Shown one piece after another: positions 13,090 through 26,049 of a stretch of 64,000 nucleotides of DNA. This DNA is from the human T2T-CHM13v2.0 reference genome, Homo sapiens, in NCBI RefSeq assembly GCF_009914755.1, contig NC_060935.1, one strand, 5' to 3'. Position 1 is the stretch's first letter, and each line of letters opens with the position of its first letter. Below the pieces are notes generated by a model, which saw only the letters and a list, made by a program, of their open reading frames with translations, ran no database searches and had not been told where the DNA came from. A program made the position numbers and the translations under genes.

Positions 13090-13290
13090 CTAACTATGCT
13101 ATTTACTAGCTGCATGACTTTGGGTGAGTTAGTTACAAAGTTACTTCTTTTTGCCTCTGTTTTCTTATTTATTATTATCATAGTAATACTTCAGAAGATA
13201 TCATGAGGCTTCAGTTTGTTAATACCTGTAAAATACTGACATCAGTGTTTGGCACATGTAAGCACAGTAGATGTTTCTTTTAGTTGTTAT
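13090..13290 (+). mobile_element. MIR
   Basis: 'ttactagctgcatgactttgggtgagttag...gtgtttggcacatgtaagcac'. Confidence 0.75.
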
Positions 13291-13439
13291 TCTTAATTTG
13301 CATTTTAAAATTTAAAATTATTTATAAATATTTTATTTTTAGGATTATTCTCTTCCTCATAAAACTTTCTCATAATTCTTTACAGGAACTTAGTGTTTAG
13401 CAACTGATAAGGGGGTTTCATATTTTGTTTTCATAGCCC

Positions 13440-13575
13440 CATAGGTATGGACAGAGCAGGGATTATTGTACCAATTCTACAGATGAGGAAACTAAGACAG
13501 AACGACTAGCTTGCACTCACAGAGCTAGAAAGTGTCAAAATCAGGTCTTGAACCTGGTTCTTTGGACTTCTAGTT
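13440..13575 (-). mobile_element. MIR
   Basis: 'ttctacagatgaggaaactaagacaga...cacagagctagaaagtg'. Confidence 0.75.
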
Positions 13576-13587
13576 CTCTATCCTTTC

Positions 13588-13837
13588 TTTTTTTATCTGT
13601 ATTTTTTTATTATACTTTAAGTTCTGGGATACATATGCAGAACGTGCAGGTTTGTTACATAGGTGTACACATGCCATGGTGGTTTGCTGCACCCATCAAC
13701 CCATCATCTACATTAGGTATTTCTCCTAATGCTATCCCTCCCCTTGTTCCCCAATCCCCAACAGGCCCCGGTGTGTGATGTTCCCCTCCCTGTGTCCTTG
13801 TGTTCTCATTGTTCAACTCCCACTTATGAGTGAGAAC
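13588..13837 (-). mobile_element. 5'-truncated L1PA (about PA6-8) 3' end
   Basis: 'tatactttaagttctgggatacatatgcagaacgtgcagg...cccacttatgagtgagaac'; perfect 13-bp TSD TCTCTATCCTTTC at 13575-13587 and 13838-13850. Confidence 0.95.
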
Positions 13838-13945
13838 TCTCTATCCTTTCCATTGCTCATCACCACATCTTACTATTGTCATTGTCATCCACCATTTACA
13901 GGTGGAGATAATGGGGACCATAGAGGAGTCATATCATCATCTTAG

Positions 13946-14129
13946 CAGTGAGTCTCAAACTTTAGTATAAATAGAAGCAACTGGGAACTTGTGACCAGTG
14001 TAGATACTTGGAATCCATTTCCAAAAGATGCTTGATTTTATAGACCTCAGGAAACAGTCTATATCTTTAGTATGTATCACCAGGTGGTTCCAGTGTCATA
14101 GATTAACGGACCATGCCTTGAAAACCCTG
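13946..14129. mobile_element. MER5-type hAT-Charlie MITE
   Basis: TIR-like ends 'cagtgagtctcaaact' and 'ttgaaaaccctg'; internal 'ccaggtggttc'. Confidence 0.65.
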
Positions 14130-14496
14130 CTTTAGAAAGCTTCTATTTTGCCCTGACTACAAGTATTACCCACTTACTATTGTCTGGACGCAACTGTTAA
14201 GGAAATAGAAAGAAAATATTTTCCATATGAAGAAATAGCTCAAGCTTGCTGAAACATAATCTCGTTTTCCAATTAGAAAAGTTTTACTCTTTCATTTATT
14301 TAGGCAATGAATACTTATCAAGCCTTTGTTTTGTGTTAATACTGTCCACAGAACTGGGGAGGCAGCAGTGACCAATGGAAACAATGTTCCTTTTCCTATG
14401 GAGCTTAAATTCTAGCAAAGGAGATAGGAAACAAACAAATACATGATTAAAACCCAGTGTATAAAACATCAGGTGGTGAATAAGAAAACACTAGAG

Positions 14497-16430
14497 AGAT
14501 GACATTATCTTGTATGGAGAGGTCTAAGTTCCCATAAAATTATTTAGATGAATTATTAGATCTAATAAACAAATTCAGCAGTTGTAGGATACAAAATCAA
14601 CACACAAAAATCAGTTGCATTTCTGTGCATTAATAATCCAAAAAGGAAATTTAAAATACAATTCCATTTACAACAACATCAAAAAGAATGAAATATTTAG
14701 GAATTAGTTTAGCCAAGGAAGTGAAAGATATATACTGAAAACTACAAAGCATTGCTGAAAAAAATTAAAGACATAAATAAATGGGAAAGCATCCTGTGTT
14801 CATGGATTAAAAGACTTACTATTGCTAAGATGCCAATACTACCCGAAGTGATCTACAGATTAAATATAATCCCTATTAAAATTCTGACATTATTTTTTAC
14901 AGAAATAGAAAAGTCTTTCCTTAAATTATTATGAAACCTCCAGGGACCCCATATAGCCAAAACAATCTTGAACAAAGAAAAATGAAGTTGGAGAACTCAT
15001 ACTTACTGAGTGTAAAACTTACTACAAAGCTACAGTAATCAAAACAGTGTGGTACTAGCATAAGACAGACACACCAAACCAATGGAAAGGGATAGAAAGC
15101 CCAGGAATAAACCCTCCTATATTTGGTCAAATGATTTTCAACAAGGATACAAAGACCATTTGATGAGGAAAAGACAGGCTTTTCAACAAAAGGTTCTAAG
15201 AAAAATGAATATCCACATGTGAAAGAATGAAGTTGGGCTCTTACCTTACACCATATAAAAAATTAACTCACAATGGGTCAAAGACTTAAACATAAGACCT
15301 AAAACTATAGGACTCTTAGAAGAAAACAGCTTCATGCCATTGGATTTGGCAATGGTTTCTTAGATGTGATACCAAAAGCATGGGCAACACAGAAAATATA
15401 GATAAATTGGTCTGCATAAAAAGGAAAAACTTTTGAGCATCAAAGAACATCATCAACAAAATTAAAAGGCTACCCACAGAATGGGTGAAAATAATTGCAA
15501 ATCTTTATCTGATAAACAATTATATATCCAGAATATATTTTTTAAAAACTTCTAAAACTCAACAAAAAGCAAACAACACAATTTATAAATGGGTAAAGCA
15601 CTGGAATAGACATTTCTCCAAAGAAGAAATTCAAATGGCCAATAAGCACATAAAATGATGTTCAACATCACTAATTATTAGGGAAATGCAAATCAAAACC
15701 ACAATGAGATATCACTTCACGTTTACTAGGATGGCTATTATAAAAACAAAAAACGAATCCCAGAAACCAACAAATGTTGGTTAGGATGTGGAGAGATGGA
15801 GACCCTTGTGCATTACAAGTGGGAATGTGAGGTGGTACAGCCACTGTGGAAAATGGTATGTTGGCTCCTCAAAATATTAAATATAGAATAATCATATGAC
15901 CCAGCAATTCCACTTCTAGATATATACCCAAAGGAATTGAAAGCAGGAATTTGAGCCAATTTTCATAGCAGCATTATTCACAATAGCCATAAGATGGAAG
16001 CAACCCAAGTGCCCATGGATGGATTAATGAATAAATAAAGTGTAATATATATGCACAATGAAATATTGTTCAACCTTAAAAATGAATGACATTCTGATAT
16101 ATGCTACAACATAGACTTACCCTGAAGACATTATACTAAGTGAATAAAGTCAGACACAAAGGGCAAATATTGTATTAATCACTTAGGTACGTGGAATAGT
16201 AAAATTCATAGAGACAGAAAGTAGATTAGTCATTGTCAGGGGTGAGAAGGAGGGAGTGGGAAGTTATGGTCTACTGGGTACAGAGTGTCTGTTTGGGATG
16301 GTGAATAAGTTCTGGAGATGGATAGCAATGATGGTTGCACAACAATGGGAATGTACTTACTATCACTCAGCTGTATACTTAAAAATGGTTAAAATGATCA
16401 GTTTCGTGTATATATATATGTAACTACAGA
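14497..16430 (+). mobile_element. L1MB 3' half (decayed ORF2 C-terminus and 3' UTR)
   Basis: ORF 14752-14934 ([28 protein letters not shown]) is L1 ORF2p-like; the 3' UTR ends in 'cttaaaaatggttaaaatg'. Confidence 0.93.
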
Positions 16431-16776
16431 AAAATATGTATAGTTATAATGTATATATAACTACAGTAAAACATGTATAGGCTTCTAAACATTTTTAAAG
16501 TATGAATAATAAAAATATTTGGAAAAATAAATGCTTTTCTATTTTATTGTATTAACCCTATCATTTAGAGAGAAGAAAGCTTGTCTTTGAGGGTATTAAA
16601 GTTTTAAAAATTATTTTATTTTAAAACTATTAAGGCTCATTAAGATTTTGAGAAGTGTGGAAGAGCCCAGAGTGAAAATAAAAGCCCTCTCCCCCTCTTT
16701 GATGCTCTCCAAAGTAACTACTGATATACTTTCCACTGTATCCTTTCAGGCATTCTTTCTGGGTGCACACGCACAG

Positions 16777-16778
<2 letters not shown>

Positions 16779-16817
<39 letters not shown>

Positions 16818-16828
16818 CTCTCTCTCTC
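16779..16828. repeat. compound (CA)n(CT)n microsatellite
   Basis: Directly visible. Confidence 0.95.
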
Positions 16829-16907
16829 CCCCCCACTTCTTAAAACATTTTTTTAATTTTTAATTTTTCTGGTTATATAGTAATTGTACATATATATGGG
16901 GTACATG

Positions 16908-17259
16908 CAAAGACAAACTTTGCATATCCTCACTTATTTGTGGGAGCTAAAAATTAAAACAATTGAACTTATGGAGAAAGATGCTTACCAGAGGTTGGGA
17001 AGGGTAATGGGGGCGTGCGGTAGAAGGATAAGTGGGGATGGTTAATGGGTACAAAAAGTAATAATAATTAGAAAGAATGAATAAGTCCTAGTATTTGATA
17101 GCACAACAGAGTGTCTGTAGTCAATAATATAATTGTACATTTTAAGAGAACTAGAAAAGTGTAATTGGATTGTTTGTAACACAAAGATTAAATTCTTGAG
17201 GGGATGGATACCCCAGTTACCATGATGTCATTATTACACATCGCATGCCTATATCAAAA
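16908..17259 (+). mobile_element. inverted L1MA 3' UTR segment
   Basis: Sense-strand 'ctcacttatttgtgggagctaaaaattaaaacaattgaac...gcatgcctatatcaaaa' lies between two antisense L1 blocks. Confidence 0.85.
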
Positions 17260-17619
17260 GTTGTTCACAGCTGGCATATAGAGATGTTACTGATTTTAGT
17301 GTGTTGATTTTGTGCCCTGGAACTTTACTGAATTTATCAGTCCTAATAGTTTTTTGTGGCGTCTTTAGGTTTTTCCAAATATAATATTATATCGTCTGTA
17401 AACAAGGATAATTTGACTTCTTTCTTTCCCATTTGGATGCCCTGTATGTTTTTCTCTTGTCTGATTGATCTACCCAGGACTTCCAGCACTATGTTAAATA
17501 ACTGTGGTAAAAATGGGCATCCTAAGATCTTGTTCCAGATCTTAGAGGAAAGGCTTTTAGTTTTTCCCCTTTCAGAATACCAGCTATGGCTCTGTTGTAT
17601 GTAGTTTTTATTATGTTGA

Positions 17620-18120
<501 letters not shown>

Positions 18121-18212
18121 TGGCCTGTAGGTTTGTTTTTGTTTTTTGTTTTGATATCTTTTTTGATATGTCCTTGCCTGGTTTTGGTATCAGTGTAATA
18201 CTGGCTTTGTAG

Positions 18213-18583
<371 letters not shown>

Positions 18584-19939
18584 TAGTTCTTCTTTAAATG
18601 TGTGGTAGAATTCAACAGTGAAGCCATCGGGCCCCAGGCATTTTTTGCTCAGAGACTTTTTATTATGGTTTCAATCTCATTGCTTGTTATTGGTCTGTTC
18701 AGGTTTTGGATTTCTTTCATGGTCCAGTCTTGGTAGATTGTATGTGTCTAAGAAGAATTTATCCATTTTCTTGAGATTTTCCAATTTATTGGCATATAGT
18801 AGCCACTAATAATCCTTTGAATTTCTGTGATATCAATTGCGATGTCACCTTTTTTGTCTCTGATTTTATTTATTTGTGTCTTCTCTCATTTTTTCTTAGT
18901 CTGGCTAATGGTTTGTCAACTTTGTTTATCTTTTTTAAAAAAACAACCTTTTGTTTCACTGATCTTTTGTATAATTTTCTTCATTTTGAAATCATTTATT
19001 TCTGCTTCAATCTTTATTATTTCTTCTACTAATTTTGGGTTTGGTTTGCTTTTGCTTTTCTAGTTCTTTAAGATGCATCACTAGGTTATTTATTTGAAGT
19101 TTTTCTGGTGTTTTGATATAGGTACTTATAGCTATAAATTTTCCTCTTAGTGCTGCTTTTGCTGTATCCCATAGGTTTTGGTGTTGTGTTTCTATTAGCA
19201 TTTGTTTCATGAAATTTTTCAATTATCTTCTTAATTTCTTCATTGACCCACTGGTCATTCAGGAGCATATTGTTTAATTTCCATGTGTTTGTGTAGTTTC
19301 CAAAATTCCTCTTGTTATTGATTTCTAGTTTTATACCATTGTGGTCAGAGAAGATGCTTGATATTATTTCAATTTTTTGAATATTTTAAGACTTATTTTA
19401 TGACCTAACACATGGTCTTTCCTTGAGAATGACCCATATGTTGAGGAGAATAATATGTATTCTGTAGCCACTGGGTAAAACATCCTGTAAATATCAATTA
19501 TGTCCATTTGGTCTGTAGTACAGATTAAGTCTGATGTTTCTTTGTTGATTTTTTGTCTGAAAGATCTGTCCAACGCTGAAATTGGGGTGTTGAAGTCTCC
19601 CGCTGTTACTGTATTCAGGTCTGTCTCTCTTCTCAGCTCTAATAATATTTGCTTAATATATCTGGGTTCTCCAGCATTGGGTGCATATATAGTTATGATT
19701 ATTATATTGTAACTATTATATTATATAATTATTATATCCTCCTGCTGGATTTACCTTTTTATTATCATATGATGATCTTCTTTGTCTCTTCTTACAATTT
19801 TTGTCTTGAAATCTATTTTTTTCTGATATAAGTAGAGCTACTCCTGCCCTTTTCTGGTTTCCTTTCACATGGAATGTCTTTTTCTATCTCTTTATTTTCA
19901 GTCTATGTGTGTAAACCAAAAATAAAATTCTTATAAAAT

Positions 19940-21595
19940 ACTTATCCCAGCCAATGTAGGGCAAACTTATATCTCCCTTCTTCTACCACAGCTGGTGCTC
20001 TCTTGAAAGTGCCACTTCCTGGCTGGAGGCCAACTAACTCAAGCCATTACAGTAACTCATGACAGAACAACCCCACTCCAAAGAAGGAGAAAACAACAGC
20101 TAATTTCACCACCTGCAATAGCCTCACTAACCAGAGGTCCTGAGTCTGTTTATGTGACTGCTAGCATAACCAACACTCAAGAAAACCTGTGCACTAAGCA
20201 AAACTACAACCAAGAACTCCCACAGAGTCCACTTCACTCCCCTGCCACCTGCACGGGAGCAGGTGCTGGTATCCATGGCTGGGAGACCTGAAGATGGATC
20301 ACTTCACAGGACTCCTTGCAGACATTCTCCAGCACCAGCCTGGAGCCCAGCAAGCCCACTGGGTGGCTAGACCCAGAAGAACAATAACAATCACAGCAGT
20401 CTGGCTCTCAGGAAGCCCCACCCCTAGGGGAAGGGGGAGAGCATGACGTGTCCCACCCCGTGGGACAAAAGAATCTGAACAGCAGCCCCTGAGTTCCAGA
20501 TTCTTTCACTGAAACAGTCTACCCAAATGAAAAAAGTAATTCTGTTAATGTGAAAAAACAAGGTTCTATTACACCCTGAAAATATCACACTAGCTCCCAG
20601 CAATGGATCCAAACCAAGAATAAATATCTGAATTGCCAGATAAATAATTCACAAGGTTATTAAGCTATTCAAGGAGGTACTAGAGAAAGGTGAAGACCAA
20701 ATTTTAAAAATTTTAAAAAAAATACAGGATATGGGTGAAAAATTCTCCAGAGAAATAGATATAAAGAAAAGACAATCACAACTTCTGGAAAGATACACTT
20801 ACAGAAATGCAAAATGCACTGGAAAGTTTCAACAATAGAATCAAACAAGCAGAAGAAAGAGCTTCAGAGCTTGAAGACAAGGCTTTAGAATTAATGCAAT
20901 CCAACAAAGACAAAGACAAAGAATTTAAAAAATGAATGAAGCCTCCAAGAAATTTTGGATGATGTTAAATGACCAAACATAAGAATAATTGGTGTTCCTG
21001 AGGAAGAAGAGAAATCTAAAAGTTTGTACAACTTATTTGAGGGAAGGAATATAAATCATGCTGCTATAAAGACACACGCACACGTATGTTTATTGTGGCA
21101 CTACTCACAATAGCAAAGACTTGGAACCAACCCAAATGTCCAACAATGATAGACTGGATTAAGAAAATGTGGCACATATACACCATGGAATACTATGCAG
21201 CCATAAAAAAGGATGAGTTCATGTCCTTTGTAGGGACATGGATGAAGCTGGAAACCATCATTCTCAGCAAACTATCACAAGGACAAAAAACCAAACACCA
21301 CATATTCTCACTCATAGGTGGGAATTGAACAATGAGAACACTTGGACACAGGAAGGGGAACATCAAACACCAGAGCCTGTTGTGGGGTCGGGGGAGTGGG
21401 GAGGGATAGCATTAGGAGATATACCTAATGTAAATGATGAGTTAATGGGTGCAGCACACCAACATGGCACATGTATACATATGTAACAAACCTGCATGTT
21501 GTGCACATGTACCCTAGAACTTAAAGTATAATAAAAATATATATATATAAAAAAATAAAATATGAAATTAAAAAAACTTACTTGAGGGAATAATC
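19940..21595 (+). mobile_element. L1PB-type 5' UTR/ORF1 fragment (split by the L1PA at 21046-21574)
   Basis: 'cagctggtgctctcttgaaagtgccac', 'gtgggacaaaagaatctgaacagcagc', ORF1-like 'agaataattggtgttcctgaggaagaagagaaatctaaaagtttg'. Confidence 0.8.
21046..21574 (+). mobile_element. 5'-truncated L1PA (about PA3-5)
   Basis: ORF 21086-21328 is the ORF2p C-terminus (MFIVALLTIAKTWNQPKCP...SLIGGN); 3' UTR and A-rich tail present; 16-bp TSD AACTTA(T/C)TTGAGGGAA at 21030-21045 and 21575-21590. Confidence 0.96.
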
Positions 21596-22728
21596 AATTA
21601 CATTTTTCAGTTCTATTTCTACTTGGTTCTTCATTAGTTTGGTCTCTTTGTTAAATTTATCTCATAGAATTCTGAATTCCTTCTCTGTGCTATCTTGAAT
21701 TTCTTTGAATTTCCTAAAAACAGCTATTTTGAATCCTCTGAAAGGTCACATATTTCTGTCTTTCCAGGATTAGTCCCTGGTGCCTTATTTAGTTTGTTTG
21801 GAGATGTCATATTTTCCTGGATGGTCTTCATACTTATAGATGTTCGTCGATGTCTGGGCATTGAAGAGTTAAGTATTTATTATAGTCTTTGCAGTCTGGG
21901 CTTGTTTGTGTCCATCTTTCTTGGGAAGGCTTTCCAGGCATTCAAAGGGAGTTGAGCCCAAGCCCCAAAATGCTGTGGTTCTCGCAGATTTGTAGGAGTA
22001 CTGCCATGGTGGTCTTGATACGATCCAGAAAAATTCTCTGGCTTACCAGGCAGAGACTCCTGTTCTCTTCCCTTGCTTTCTCCCAAACAAATGGAGTCTT
22101 TCTCTCTCTCTGTCTGTGCTGAACTGAGGGTGGGGTTACACAAGCACCCCTATGGTCACCACCACTGAGACTGCACTGAGTCAGACCTGAAGCCAACACA
22201 ACACTGGGTCTCTCCAAAGGGCCACTGTAACCACTACCTGGTTACTGCCTGTGTTCACTCAAGGCTCTGAGGCTCTACAATTAGCAGGTGTGGAAGCCAG
22301 CCAGGTTTGTGTCCTTCATTTCAGGACAGTGAGTTCCCCCTGGCCCCAGGTGTCTAGAGACACTGTCTGAGAGCCAGAGATTGGAGTCAAAAACCTTATA
22401 AATCTACGTGGTGTTCTATTCTACTGCAGCTAAGCTGGCCCTCAAACCACAAGACAAAGCCCTTCTGTCTTCTCTCCCCTTTTCACAGGCAGAACAACCT
22501 CTCCCAGTGGCTACCACCACCACCAGCCCATGAGGAGTTCTGCCAGGCCACCACCAATGTTCCCTTAAAGCCAAAGGGCTCTTCAGTTAGCTTGTGATAA
22601 ACGCTGCCATGCCTGAAACTCACCCTTCAGAGCAGTGGGCCCCCCTCTGGCCCAGGGCACTTCCAGAAATGTTGTACATGAACCTAGACCTGGAATCAGG
22701 GACTCTGAGCCTGCTTCGTGCTCTACCT

Positions 22729-23067
22729 CAGTGGTCTCCAACTTTTTGGCACCAGGAACCAGTTTTGTGGAAGACAGTTTTTCCATGGACAGACGGGGGC
22801 TGGGGGTTTTGGGGTGAAACTGTTCCACTTCAGATTGTCAGGCATTAGTTAGATTCTCATGAGGAGCATTCAGCCTAGGTCCCTGGCGTGTGCAGTTCAC
22901 AATAGGGTTCGCACTCCTATGAGAATCTAATGCCACTGTTGATCTGACAAGAGGCAACGCTCAGGCAGTAATGCTCACTCACCCCCGCATTCACCTCCTG
23001 CTCTGTGGCCCAGTACCTAAAGGGCCACAGATTGGTACTGGTATCATGGTACAGTTGGGGACCCCTG
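22729..23067 (+). mobile_element. MER1B hAT-Charlie element inside the L1MA 5' UTR
   Basis: TIRs 'cagtggtctccaac' and 'gttggggacccctg'; internal 'tttttggcaccagg...ttttgtggaagaca', 'ctcctatgagaatctaatgcc'. Confidence 0.92.
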
Positions 23068-24339
23068 CTGTACTCCACTGTGGCTGAGCAGGTACCTAAA
23101 GTACAAGAGAAAAATCCCCCTTACTTTTCCCTCCGCTTTTCTTGAGCAGGAATCTTGCACTGTAGCTGCCACAGCTGGGAATGCGCTGGGTCTCACCTGA
23201 AGCCAAGGCCCACAGCATACTACCTGGATATCGCTGTTGGTCATTCAGGGCCCAGGGGCTCTTTAGTCAGCACGTGATGAATCCTGCCAGGACTGGGTCT
23301 TTCTCTTCAAGGCAGTGGGCTCCCTTCTGGCCCCGGGGTATGTCTAGAAATGTCAGCTGGGAGCTAGGGCCTGGAATGGGGACCTTATGACTCCCCAGTT
23401 CCCTATCCTATTGTGGCTAAGCTGGTATCCAAGATGCAAGACGAAGTCCTCTTTACTTCTGAGTCCTTTCCTCAAGAAGAAAGGAGTTACTTTTGTTTCT
23501 GCAAGCTGCATTGCCTGAGGTTGGGGGAGGATTAGCACAAGCACTCCATTAGCCACCCTGGCTAAAGTCTCCCCAGGTCACGTGCCACCCTGGTTTACTG
23601 GCTCTAAGCCCAGCCCAGCACTGGGAGTTACCTAGAAACTGCAGCCTTTGTGTCCTATACTGTCTTTCAAGTTTACCTGGGATCCCAGAGCACTTCAGCC
23701 CATATTGGCAAGGTTTGCTGACAAACTCAAGTTTTGACCACTGGGATGGGCAATTCCCCTCTGGCTAGAGGTCTTCTAAATGCTCCCCGCATAGGGGTCA
23801 AGGAGTTCAGCCTGATTTTGCTTCCCTCTGTGACAGAGCAGCACTGAATTCAATGCCAAGTCCCCCAGTCACTGTGCTCTCCTTCCAGCAAGTGCACAGA
23901 TTCTCTGTCTGTGCCATGCGCCCACTGCCAAAGATGGAGGAGGGGTGGCATCAGTGATTCAAGACTTTCTTTTTTAGCCTCTTCAGAGCCTCTTTCAGTG
24001 ATATGAAGTTAAAGCCAGGTATTGTGACTACTCACCTGATTTTTTATTCTTGTGACAGTGCTTTTTTATGTGTAGTTACTTGTTAAAATTTGGTGTTCCT
24101 GCCAGATAGGGGGGCAATTTGGTGGAGGCTTCTATTTGACCATCTTGTTCTGCCCTCACACTCTACTACTTTTTTTGAAAATGTAAACTAGATCAAGTGT
24201 ACTATTTAACAACTCTTATCCTCCACTTAACACTATATCTTTCAATTCAGAAATATTTATCTACCTTATTCCTTTTAATAGCTGCATACTATTTTATAAC
24301 TTTCCCATGTCTTCCTCCCCTTTCACTTTTCTTAAAAAA

Positions 24340-25900
24340 ACAATTTTATTGAGGTATAATTTAACAGTAAAATACATCCATTTTAAATGTGCAGTTCATT
24401 GAGTTTTGACAAATAGATGGACCCATGTAACTGCCTTGCCAATCAAGGCACAGAACATTTCTATTTCTGTGCCTATTTCTGTCCCTCTGGTTCTGTGCCT
24501 AGAACCAGAACATTCTACTGATCTGGTTTCTATAACTATAGATTCAATTTGCCTGTTCTAGAACTTCATATTAAGGAATCATACAATATGTACTCTGTCT
24601 GACTTCTTTTGCTCAGCATAATATTCTTGAGGTTCATGTATGTTCCTTTTTACTGTTGAGTAGTATGCCATGATATGAATAAACCACAGTTTGTTTATTC
24701 ATTCTCCTGATGAAACATCATTTGAATTGTTCACAGTTTGAGGCTGTTGGGAATGAAGCGGCTATAAGTCTTCATGTTCAAGGCTTTTTTTTTTTTTTTA
24801 AATCTTGGACATATATTTTTATTGAGTAAACATCTAAGAGTAGAATTGTTGTGTTATATGTAAAGCTTATGTTCAAGTTTGTAAGATACTGCCAAATTGT
24901 TTTCCAAAGTGGTTGTATTACCTACAGTGTATGAATTTCAATTACTCCACATTCTCATCAGGAGTTGGTATCTGATTATAGTTTTAATTTGCATTTCCCT
25001 GTTTATGAATCATGGCCAACTTTTCTTGTGCTTTTTGGCTGACAATAGTATGTGAGTATAAATGGGATGTTTATATCTTTTTGTGAAGTGACTGTTCAAA
25101 TCTTTTGCCCATTTAAAAAATATTTATTCTAAACACAAGTTCTTTGTCAGATATCTGTACTGTGAGTATTTTTTCCAAGTAAGGGGCTTGCTTTTTCTTT
25201 TCCTAATAGTGTGTCTTGAAGAGCAGAGTTTTTAATTTTGAGGAAATCCAGTTTGTCAATATTTTTCTCTGTGGTTAGTGCTTTTCTATCACATTTAACA
25301 AAACTTTGCTTATCTCAAGGCAGTGAAGATTTTCTTTATAAGTTTTATAGTTTTATTTTTTATATTTAGGTCTATTATCCATTTGGAGTTTATTTTTGTA
25401 TATGGTGAGAGCTGGTGGTGAAGGTTCATTATTTTCTCCCATAGGGATATCCAGTTGTTCAGTATCATTAACTGTTAGTTAAAATGACTTTCCTTTTCCC
25501 ATTAAATTATGTTGCTAAGCTTTTTAAAAATCAGTTGAACATATACATAGGTATATATGCATATATATGTACTTAAACTCTCTATTCTCTTCCATTTATC
25601 TGTATGTCTATCAAAATGATACCATACTAAGTATACTTACTATAGTAATGAATCTTGAAATCAGGTATGAAAAGCCTCCCTAATTGGCTCTTCTTTTCCA
25701 AAATTGTTTTGACTATTCTAATTATTTTGCATTTTCATATAAATTTTAGAATCAGCTTTTCAGTTTCTTCTTTTTACAAACCACTTCAATTTTCAATTGG
25801 ATTACTTTAAATAGTCAGTTAGTTGAAAGTGGACATTTTGGTAATATTGAAGCCTCCAATGTATGAACATTTAGGTCTTCTTTAACTTCTAACAGTATTG
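24340..25900 (-). mobile_element. old L1M (MC/MD/ME) 3' UTR and ORF2
   Basis: 'ttttattgaggtataattt', 'ttgcctgttctagaacttcatat', 'ttttccaaagtggttgta'. Confidence 0.85.
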
Positions 25901-26049
25901 TTTTCATTATACTGTTTCTGAGAATAGTTTCTTAAGCTTATCCCTATGTCCTGATTTACAATATGCATTTTTAACTTCTCACAGTTACTAAATTATATAT
26001 AAGTTAATAATGTTATTATAGGTTAATAAATAGTATTCTATTGTTTCAT

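Noticed and set aside
22250-23480. Three diverged ~300-bp repeats ('cagtgggctcccttctggccc...tctagaaatgtc')
   Set aside because: They lie within the L1MA 5' UTR and appear to be internal repeats of that element rather than locus-specific structure.
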